A DNA stretch of 63,909 bases, filler included, from Octopus bimaculoides (Eukaryota): the NCBI RefSeq assembly GCF_001194135.2. It is 4 parts of 4 records of this genome, joined end to end, with 100 filler letters (N's around TTAATTAATTAA, not from the genome) between each part and the next. Parts side by side here need not be neighbours in the genome. Positions count along the whole stretch, not along the records: positions 54,451 to 63,909 come from NC_069007.1; 3 more parts are not named here. One strand, 5' to 3'. Every line of letters starts with the position of its first letter. Position 1 is the first letter of the stretch. The notes under the pieces were generated by a model. The model did no database searches. It was not told where the DNA came from and saw only the letters and a program-made list of their open reading frames with translations. Positions 54,650 to 63,909 of the stretch are shown here, one piece after another. Made by a program: the position numbers and the translations under genes.

Positions 54650-55355
54650 TGTGTGTGTTCAATAAGTATCCGGACTGTTGCCATAGTAACGAAGCTAAAA
54701 CACCGAAAATGAAGCTGCTTGGCAGAGATTGATCTTGATCTCTACTGCTCATGCGCACTAAGTTTTAACGTTCTGGCTCACTTCCGCTCTTTACAGCAGT
54801 GCTTGGAAATAACGTGTGTAACGTGTGATCGTCGCATTGACCATGACAGACAAAGTTGAGCAGAGAATCTGCATCAAATTTTGCCAAAAGATTGGCGATA
54901 CCTGTGCAGAGGCCTATGCGAAGATTTCAAAAAGTTTTCATCATTCTCGACACATTCAAAGAGGTCTTGTGCAACTAAAACCTGAGTGTTTTTTTGGTCA
55001 GCTGAAAGCAGTTTTGGCGCAAACTTGGCAGACATGTGTCTCATACCCAAATCTTCAATGATAATGGATTGAACTGAACTGTAAATAATGTACACATCCT
55101 NNNNNNNNNNNNNNNNNNNNNNNNNNNNNNNNNNNNNNNNNNNNNNNNNNNNNNNNNNNNNNNNNNNNNNNNNNNNNNNNNNNNNNNNNNNNNNNNNNNN
55201 NNNNNNNNNNNNNNNNNNNNNNNNNNNNNNNNNNNNNNNNNNNNNNNNNNNNNNNNNNNNNNNNNNNNNNNNNNNNNNNNNNNNNNNCATGGTCAATGCG
55301 ACGATCACACGCTACACCCCTTCCTTCTAAGCACTGCTGTAAACAGCGGAAGTGA
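54650..55355. mobile_element. Mariner-family fold-back deletion derivative (two inverted 5' halves)
   Basis: Plus strand: TIR-like gtgttcaataagtatccggac and MTDKVEQRICIKFCQKIGDT. Minus strand: SVQSIIIEDLGMRHMSAKFAPKLLSADQK...ENFLKS. 54779-54845 is inverted relative to 55288-55355. Confidence 0.85.
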
Positions 55356-56078
55356 AAAAGAAATAAAAAGGAGAGAAAAAAGGATACGGTGAAGAGGGAA
55401 GAGAGAGGAGGGAAGAGAGAGGAGGGAGAGAGAAATGATGGTGGTGGTGGTGGTGGTGGGAGTTGTGGTGGTTGTAGGTGGTGGTCGTGGTGATGGTGGG
55501 AGTTGGTGGTGGTGAAAGTGGTAGTGGTGGTGGTGGTGGTAGTGGTGATTGAGTAGGGAAAAGTGTGTTCTTTTAAATTGAACTAAGTTTTTATATATAT
55601 ATATATATATCACCTATCACTTAACGCTTGCGCATAATTGCAATTCCGTGAAATATTCACGCTTATATACGTGGCAGATATATGCAATATAACTAAAGGT
55701 TGTATCATGTACGGAATATTTTTTGTTTGTTTGTGGAGAAGAATTGAAAAATAAGAGTGTTTATTTATCTTATGAGTGCTGTGTCTATAAAATTGTGCAT
55801 AAAGTATATAAAGTATGTATATAAAGTGCATTAAGTAATCATCGTATTCCAATTTTTCAATGAGAAGCAGATGAGCCACTATCTTTCTATACAGACATAA
55901 CGCAGGATACACTTTCAGGTATTTTAGCTAAAGTTTTCAGAAATAACCCAATAGGTTTACCGTTAATTCCGTCAAATATTCGCGGGTTCGTCTAGAAATT
56001 ATACAATACTGTTATATTCATTTCATTTTAGAATTTATATAAATATATATATATATTTTTTCTCTTCTTCTTTTGCAG

Positions 56079-56181
56079 TACACCACTACCAAGATCAACG
56101 TATGAAAGGGATTTTGCCATGAAAAATAGCGACTCGGGGGACTACGGGCGTCTGGAGAGAACGCCATATTTGATTATGTGA
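56079..56181 (+). CDS. Candidate terminal exon (frame uncertain)
   Basis: Strong acceptor ttttctcttcttcttttgcAG followed by non-repetitive sequence. Phase 2 gives TPLPRSTYERDFAMKNSDSGDYGRLERTPYLIM*. Phase 1 gives HHYQDQRMKGILP* (stop at 56122). No homology recognised. Confidence 0.3.
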
Positions 56182-56750
56182 TTATGAACAACGTACCACC
56201 ATTGGCGAGCAGACGACACAGAATGCCGTTGACTGTTAGGATTATACACGTGCGCGCGCACATACACATCCACACACTCACACGCACATCCACACACACA
56301 CATACAGACACACACACACACACATATTCATACACACATACACACACGACATATACGCACGCATATACATATACTTGCAATCATATACGCACACTGACAA
56401 ATACACACGTGCAAAAAATATATACATATATACATGTATATATTGTGCATGCATAAATATATATATATATATNNNNNNNNNNNNNNNNNNNNNNNNNNNN
56501 NNNNNNNNNNNNNNNNNNNNNNNNNNNNNNNNNNNNNNNNNNNNNNNNNNNNNNNNNNNNNNNNNNNNNNNNNNNNNNNNNNNNNNNNNNNNNNNNNNNN
56601 NNNNNNNNNNNNNNNNNNNNNNNNNNNNNNNNNNNNNNNNNNNNNNNNNNNNNNNNNNNNNNNNNNNNNNNNNNNNNNNNNNNNNNNNNNNNNNNNNNNN
56701 NNNNNNNNNNNNNNNNNNNNNNNNNNNNNNNNNNNNNNNNNNNNNNNNNN

Positions 56751-56795
<45 letters not shown>

Positions 56796-57014
56796 ATATA
56801 TATACTTATGAATGTATATATACGTATGAATGTATATATATATATATATACATATATATGAATATGGACATATATATGTATATTAATATATATGCATATA
56901 TATGTGTGTGTATGTATGTATATATATATATATATATACATTCATATATATATATACATATATGAATACATATATACATACACATGCATGCATATATATA
57001 TATATACATATATA

Positions 57015-57088
<74 letters not shown>

Positions 57089-57255
57089 TGTATGTATATA
57101 TATATATATACATTTCGTATCTGGCACTGTCCTGTGAACATTGATACATTATAAGCACACAGACTCTCCCATACGCACACATTTATATACAAATATGTCC
57201 TCTCATTTCTTTCTCTGCTGTCTATTTCTACTTTTTTCTTGTACCTCTACCTTTT

Positions 57256-57312
<57 letters not shown>

Positions 57313-58198
57313 AACGTCTTTATCTGTCTATCTATCTACCTTTCTATTTGTCTGTCTGTCTATCTGTTTGTCCGTCTGTTTGTCTTGTCTGTCAATCTAC
57401 ATTTGCTCTTCGCCTCATTCTTCTCGTTTTTACATCAGTTTCATACTTCTTCTTTCTCTTCTTTTTCTTCTTCTTTCTCTTCTTTTTCTTCTTCCTTCTC
57501 TTCTTTTCTTCTTCTTTCTCTTCTTTTTCTTCTTTCTCTTCTTTCTCTTCTTCTCCTCTTCCTTCCTCATCCTCCACACCTTCTCCTCTTCTTCTTTCTC
57601 TTCTACTTCTCTGATCTATTTTTCTTCTTTTCCTTTTTGTGTCTCCTCCTCTCTTCTTCTCCTTCCAGTCTTATACTATTACTACTACTACTACTATTAC
57701 TACTACTACCTGTTCATGTTTTCTAGCCTCTCACCCGCACCTCATGCGCACCTGCGCCCCGTTCTCGCCTTCAGTTCCCTCTTTTGGCCCCAACTTCCCT
57801 CCTTCGTCTTCTCTTCCTCTAGCTCTCTCCTTCTCTCTTCTCTCTCTCTCTGTCTTTCTCTCAGTTGCTATCTCTGTCAGTTGCGCTCTTTCCCACAGTC
57901 TCTCTCTCTCTCNNNNNNNNNNNNNNNNNNNNNNNNNNNNNNNNNNNNNNNNNNNNNNNNNNNNNNNNNNNNNNNNNNNNNNNNNNNNNNNNNNNNNNNN
58001 NNNNNNNNNNNNNNNNNNNNNNNNNNNNNNNNNNNNNNNNNNNNNNNNNNNNNNNNNNNNNNNNNNNNNNNNNNNNNNNNNNNNNNNNNNNNNNNNNNNN
58101 NNNNNNNNNNNNNNNNNNNNNNNNNNNNNNNNNNNNNNNNNNNNNNNNNNNNNNCGCCCCCGCACCCCACCCATTCCTACAATTTATTCATTCATTTG

Positions 58199-58254
<56 letters not shown>

Positions 58255-58569
58255 TTTATTATCATTGCTGTACCTACTTACTTTATATTTATCTATTTAA
58301 TATATATTTTCACTGGAATATCTTTCAGAATCATGTTTCTTACCTGTTTGTTGCAAAGTCGAAATGTTTCCTCTCGTACAACTGGAGACAGCAATAAATT
58401 TACAACAACATATCTCGAACTGGATTACGTGTATTATATATATATCTGCCTTATGTACGCACTTGTGTGTGTGTGCGTGTGTGTGCGCATGATAATGAGT
58501 AAATGTGTGAATGAGTGTGTGTGCATATAATACCGGTTTTTGAGAAGGATTCTTGATACAGTCACACCA

Positions 58570-58880
58570 TTTGAAGAAAGATTTTCTTTTAAATTAGAAA
58601 TTATAAGTTATATGAAAATATCTTACGAAAATAGACTGAGGTGAGCCTTATGGATGGACTGGACGTTTTTGTATTATGCAAGCGCCTTCAATGTTTACAG
58701 CTTTTCAAATACACGTGTTATGGGGATAACTCCATCGCACGTGTGTCTAAAAAGCTTTAAACATCAAAAACGCTTAACTCAATAAAAAAAAACTTACTTC
58801 GAAAATGTTCGGGTCATTTTGTTATTTTGAAAATATTTACATAATTAACAATTTTTTATTTAAAAGAATCTTTCTTCAAA
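58570..58880. mobile_element. MITE-like element with about 23-bp terminal inverted repeats
   Basis: tttgaagaaagattttcttttaaat (58570-58594) versus atttaaaagaatctttcttcaaa (58858-58880), with one 2-nt indel. TA follows the right end. Confidence 0.6.
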
Positions 58881-59339
58881 TATATAGATATAAGTATAAA
58901 TAAATATCTATATATATGCATTTGAATATATACACATCAATCCATATGTGTGTGTGTGAGTGAATGTGTGTGTGCGTGCGTGTGTGTGTACGTATGTATG
59001 TATATGCGTTGTAAGTATTTAAACAAAGAACAAACATAAGTAGAAGGCCAAGCAAATGGTCGAGTAGATATATATTATTTCCACAGCATATATTATATGT
59101 AGCCGTTGGTTATGGCCTGGCCGGTCAGAATGTTGACATTGGTGCCACATCTATTATTGCTTATAGAAATATGGGCGAAACACCAGACAAGCTGACCAGA
59201 GACATATAACCTCTTTACTAATGGCGGTAAGAATACAGACATGGGTCAGCAAGATCATGAAAGGAAGGCTCTGAAATGAAAATCTCAGAATTGAAAAACC
59301 CCTTCTGTGCGAGATTCCAGTTGTGTCGGAAAATGGTTC

Positions 59340-59620
59340 GTTTATATATTATTTCCGTTCACTTGTCAGCAAGCGAGCAAGTCCATGTCTTCAACATGAA
59401 TTTTCTCTCCTGGAGGTACAACCAAACAGTTCGCTTTTGGAATTTAAGAAAGACACCGGGTCAAGCGAATTTTTTAGGATACTTGCCGTCTCGACCAAAC
59501 AAAATTCGCACCGTCTGCATGCAAACACATTGGAGCAACGGAGGTCTCCTTTAAGTTGTGATTACAGGTTCACTTTTAGGATTCCAGAGAGGCGCAACAT
59601 CACATCTTTGCCCAACTACA
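59340..59620 (-). mobile_element. Penelope-like element ORF C-terminus (GIY-YIG region), decayed
   Basis: CRRCEFCLVETASILKNSLDPVSFLNSKSELFGC (59519-59418) fits the PLE CxLCLxEKxxI...LNxxSELxxxC pattern. Confidence 0.7.
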
Positions 59621-59659
59621 TGTGACGTTTAAAAAAAGAGAAAAAGTCATACAGGATAA

Positions 59660-59815
59660 AGGATGTTCTTGAAACAGCTTGGATCATACCTCAATGGGAG
59701 CAGACAATGCAAACTTTGCTTGGACGAGAGAGCTAGAATCCTAAACTATTCGCTTGATCAGGGACCCTTTTAAATTTGAAAAGTAAATTGTTTATTTGAT
59801 GCCTTCTAGACATAT
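59660..59815 (+). mobile_element. Second Penelope-like ORF C-terminus, opposite strand
   Basis: GSYLNGSRQCKLCLDERARILNYSLDQGP, then after a frameshift LNLKSKLF. Confidence 0.7.
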
Positions 59816-60135
59816 TGTATTGGATACACGATTGTGCTCCAGTTTTATCTTTATCAAGTTTTTGCCATATTTTAATGTGAACTCCTTGAGGTTTGTTTGG
59901 AACCGTAAAGTTCCTAAAGCCATCATGTGACTAGATGCAAATAAATGTATACAGTTACATTAAGGCAAGAACGTCTTCTGTAAACGCCCCTGCCTTCTGC
60001 AGTATAATTCCTACTTAGAACGGACTTTAAATACTCCCCTACAAACGGGGCACATGATGAAGAAATCAACGGAAAGACAACGAGTTTTTTTAACAAGGTA
60101 ATAAACCAATTAATAGAACAGTAGAGTTACAGATA

Positions 60136-60335
60136 CGACGGAGTGCTGGAAAGTTCCTGGCTTTGGGTAAAGGAAAATACAGGTGGATCAGTTAATTATG
60201 ATTTTATTCAACGTATTCCCCTTTCAGATTCATGCATTTATTGCAGCGGTCAATTCGGGTTTTCTAAGCCCTGTAAAAGAACTCGGAACGTTGGGTCTCC
60301 GACCAGACCTTTCGTGATACCCTTAAAGACATCAG
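60136..60335 (-). mobile_element. Mariner 3' end (TIR plus transposase C-terminus)
   Basis: TA then cgacggagtgctggaaagttcctggc (TIR-like). Reverse translation DRCNKCMNLKGEYVE* matches the mariner C-terminal pattern. Confidence 0.8.
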
Positions 60336-60873
60336 GCACAACACCTATTAAAATATAATAACTACACATATGCCGTTTAATACGAATCAAAATATATGTC
60401 GGTGTATGTATACTACTCATATATGTATGTATATATATATATATATATNNNNNNNNNNNNNNNNNNNNNNNNNNNNNNNNNNNNNNNNNNNNNNNNNNNN
60501 NNNNNNNNNNNNNNNNNNNNNNNNNNNNNNNNNNNNNNNNNNNNNNNNNNNNNNNNNNNNNNNNNNNNNNNNNNNNNNNNNNNNNNNNNNNNNNNNNNNN
60601 NNNNNNNNNNNNNNNNNNNNNNNNNNNNNNNNNNNNNNNNNNNNNNNNNNNNNNNNNNNNNNNNNNNNNNNNNNNNNNNNNNNNNNNNNNNNNNNNNNNN
60701 NNNNNNNNNNNNNNNNNNNNNNNNNNNNNNNNNNNNNNNNNNNNNNNNNNNNNNNNNNNNNNNNNNNNNNNNNNNNNNNNNNNNNNNNNNNNNNNNNNNN
60801 NNNNNNNNNNNNNNNNNNNNNNNNNNNNNNNNNNNNNNNNNNNNNNNNNATATATATATATATATATATATAT

Positions 60874-61035
60874 ACGACGAGCTTCTTTCGGTTTCTTTCT
60901 CCCAAATCCACTTACAGAGCTTTGGTCAGCCCGAGTCTATAGTGAATGACACTTGCCCAAGGTGCCACAAAGTAGGACAGAACCCGGGACCACGTGATTG
61001 AAAAGCGAACATCTTACCACGTCTGCGCTTGTGCC
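60874..61035 (-). mobile_element. 5' half of SINE family D
   Basis: Reverse complement of the 36520-36680 region. Confidence 0.8.
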
Positions 61036-61091
61036 TATAAATAGATAGATGGGTGGGTAAGTAAAGTTAAGAGTTAGACAGACAGACAGAC

Positions 61092-61149
<58 letters not shown>

Positions 61150-62244
61150 AATATCTCTATAATAAAACTTATTGACACCCATGCCAGCTACGTTATTGTG
61201 TCTGACTATGTATTTGAGTATGTGCCTATGTTCTCGTGTACGTGAGTACGTGCATGCGCATGTGTATGTGTGTATGGGCGTGTTTGTGTATGCGTGTAAA
61301 AGCAGAACACATTTTCTTTCAGGCACTTTCTACATTTAAAGCACAGCTCGGGACTTTTCACAACAACATCTGATATTTATCTTTATAACAAACTCTGGTG
61401 TTTAACTTTAAACGAATTCTCAGCCATTTGGAGTGAGAAGTTAACAAAAAGCTTTCGCGACGTTTCGTAATATTGTCTTCGTCATTAAGCATTTTCTTTT
61501 TCTATTTACAACCATCAAAAGTGAAATGTTCTTGAGACGTATGTTCTGGTTACATCCATGACACAGAAGTTATAAACCACCATGCGCAGAACTGTACCAA
61601 TCATACAGATTCAACTTTAATATCTAAAAATGGGAAGGTCACAGAGTACATTTACAACTCAAGACGATGCAGGAGAGTTTGATAATGAAGTATTTAGTTA
61701 CCTAATCTTGTATGTATGTATGTATGTATGTNNNNNNNNNNNNNNNNNNNNNNNNNNNNNNNNNNNNNNNNNNNNNNNNNNNNNNNNNNNNNNNNNNNNN
61801 NNNNNNNNNNNNNNNNNNNNNNNNNNNNNNNNNNNNNNNNNNNNNNNNNNNNNNNNNNNNNNNNNNNNNNNNNNNNNNNNNNNNNNNNNNNNNNNNNNNN
61901 NNNNNNNNNNNNNNNNNNNNNNNNNNNNNNNNNNNNNNNNNNNNNNNNNNNNNNNNNNNNNNNNNNNNNNNNNNNNNNNNNNNNNNNNNNNNNNNNNNNN
62001 NNNNNNNNNNNNNNNNNNNNNNNNNNNNNNNNNNNNNNNNNNNNNNNNNNNNNNNNNNNNNNNNNNNNNNNNNNNNNNNNNNNNNNNNNNNNNNNNNNNN
62101 NNNNNNNNNNNNNNNNNNNNNNNNNNNNNNNNNNNNNNNNNNNNNNNNNNNNNNNNNNNNNNNNNNNNNNNNNNNNNNNNNNNNNNNNNNNNNNNNNNNN
62201 NNNNNNNNNNNNNNNNNNNNNNNNNNNNNNNNNNNNNNNNNNNN

Positions 62245-62558
62245 TGGTTTCCAAATTTTGGCACAAGGCCAGCAAATTCTGTGAAGGGATAAGTCGACTG
62301 CATCGATCTCAGTGATCAACTGGAACTAATTTGATTGACCCCGAAATGATAAACAGCAAAGTTGACCTCAGCGAAATTTGATCTCAGAACGTAAAGACGG
62401 ACGAAATGCCTCGAAGCGTTTTCCTCGGCGTGCTAACGATTTTGCCATCTCTCCGCCTTTACAGGATTAAAGATTGGTTTCATATTTTGGTACAAGGCCA
62501 GCAATTTCGGAGTAAGTCGATTGTATCGATCCTAGTGCTCAACTGGAGTTTTATTTAA
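62245..62558 (-). mobile_element. One full and one 5'-truncated SINE family A copy
   Basis: Copies at 62245-62459 and 62470-62558. Confidence 0.8.
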
Positions 62559-62573
62559 TGGGCCTGGAACCAA

Positions 62574-62633
62574 CCCCGTGAACGAGGAATTCCCGGTAGG
62601 CGCGGGTCATCAGCCCGCGTCGATCACGTTCCT
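62574..62633 (+). pseudogene. Short 18S rRNA fragment (3' major domain, just upstream of the TTGTACACACCGCCC motif)
   Basis: ccccgtgaacgaggaattcccggtaggcgcgggtcatcagcccgcgtcgatcacgt matches the conserved eukaryotic GAACGAGGAATTCCCAGTAAGCGCGAGTCATCAGCTCGCGTTGATTACGT. Confidence 0.85.
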
Positions 62634-63639
62634 TTCTTCCACAGTAGATTTTTTACACAAAACTAACGTCTTCACAGCGAACGAGAACTGAAAACCTTGA
62701 TTGACGGAAGAGGTCACAAAAGTTTTAAAATATAGAAACAATAGTAACTGAGAGGTTAGAGGAGGGAGTGAGGTGGGGATCGTCATCTCATGATGACTTC
62801 GAATTTCATGGATTTAAAATAAAATATTGCAAAACAGAATGATGTTATTCTTTTCTATGGTGTCTCTGTCTATCGCTCTCTCACTCTCTCTCTTTCTCAG
62901 TAAGAATATATGTGTGTGTGTGTGTGTATGTATATATATATGTAGTGGCTTCATGCAGGTATGGCGTGGATTCGATCCTCGATCGCCAAATTTCACTTAC
63001 CAGCGCTTTTCTCACAGTGAGACAATAGTTTTTCTGTAAGTGACATCAGTTACATTAACCAGATCCCTTCACTAAGCAGAATAATGTCTTTGCCACTTGA
63101 CCCTTCTAACCTCTTCTATTTCACCAAAAGCTAGAATAGCGATAACAGGTACCATCAACGAAATCTATTGTTCTCAACAATATGTCTATCTTTCTAACTA
63201 GTTTTGGATAGTTATAAATACTAGAATTTGGCAAAGTAAAGTTAGTTAGTGAACGGAGACGACTAGAGTCATGGCCACAAGCAAACAGCTACTAAAGACA
63301 AACGGCCAGAAGGAGAAAGAAGGTTACAACCAGCCAACTATTAGACACAACTACCCTCGACTCTATAACTTTCACTAGCTTACTTTCTTTTCTCTTACAT
63401 CATGCTATCACTATCTATGGTTTACTACTAAAAAAGAACGTGTACACACATACCGGCCGAAATTAACTTTTTTTTACTTCGCATGCTTTTCCATTTACTA
63501 ATTATACATATGAACCTGTCGTAAATATTTCTTTACGACTTCGATCACTGTTCTTCGTTCACCTTGCACATCAGCAACAACAACACCCGGTACAATCGCT
63601 AACTGCCGACTCGAACATATATCGTAATACAAACCGTCA

Positions 63640-63909
63640 CACTGGCAACCAACACTTTAACAAACCAATTCCATTACCGTTACAATTGGTGACCCTCGAC
63701 TTCAACGAAGAACTAACATATTCGCCATGATAGATCGCTAGCCACTACACATTCTTTATTTTCTCTCCTCGTTTCTTTCTGTGTTCCTTTCTGTGGAAGA
63801 ACGTAGGTTCGAAACGTTAAAGATTTTTTCACTTCCCGAGCGTAAAACTAATACATTTGATTGTTGTCTGCACCACCTGTCTTCGTCTTCTTTTTTCGTA
63901 TCAATGTAT
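63640..63909 (+). mobile_element. Probable Penelope-like 3' end / pLTR-like repeat (family H)
   Basis: Degenerate QHFN (63650-63661) and IG-TL..NE.L (63685-63714) motifs precede a hammerhead-like fold. Confidence 0.45.
63787..63822 (+). ncRNA. Minimal type-I hammerhead-like motif with CUGUGGA core
   Basis: cttt-CTGTGGA-a-gaac[gtag]gttc-GAAA-cg-T-T-aaag: stem I 4 bp, stem II 4 bp, ACGT palindrome. Confidence 0.6.

Noticed and set aside
53218-56122. Direct splicing of exon 53098-53218 to the 56079 acceptor (WNFDL-HHYQDQRMKGILP*)
   Set aside because: It is phase-compatible, but an artificial join lies between them and CpG content differs on the two sides. It is not supportable without transcripts.
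57141-58300. Long ORFs up to 353 aa
   Set aside because: They are stop-free because of CT/CTT/TAC repeats plus a gap, and are low complexity only.
60040-60085. cacatgatgaag...ggaaag downstream of the plus-strand PLE fragment
   Set aside because: It may be a decayed hammerhead, but the stems are not reconstructable.
1-63909. Most ORFs in the six-frame track ([12 protein letters not shown], poly-N/I/Y/L/V and X-run ORFs)
   Set aside because: They are translations of microsatellites or N gaps and have no coding signal.

Overview
AT-rich, microsatellite-dense metazoan DNA from a gapped draft assembly. The SINE/retroelement content looks like octopus (cephalopod); this is inferred from the repeats, not proven. 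Most ORFs in the track are microsatellite or N-run artefacts. Only one coding exon is well supported (53098-53218, coiled-coil, gene not identified). The rest is tRNA-derived SINEs, retroelement remnants (RLE-type HERO-like and R4/Dong-like LINE ends; Penelope-like GIY-YIG C-termini), mariner and Helitron fragments, a MITE, a short 18S rRNA fragment and a decayed, possibly envelope-like glycoprotein gene. The main observation is that four unrelated short repeat families each carry a minimal type-I hammerhead ribozyme fold with a different core: CUGAUGA, GUGA(G/A)CA with a G3-C8 swap, CCGA(U/C)GA and CUGUGGA. Three have a palindromic stem III and the fourth a near-palindromic one. Three show the fold-back/inverted duplications typical of Penelope-like elements, and one has a tRNA-like Pol III head. 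Three 100-bp N-TTAATTAATTAA-N spacers are artificial joins, so adjacency across 30878-30977, 51154-51253 and 54351-54450 is not guaranteed. Repeat boundaries were read by eye and are approximate.
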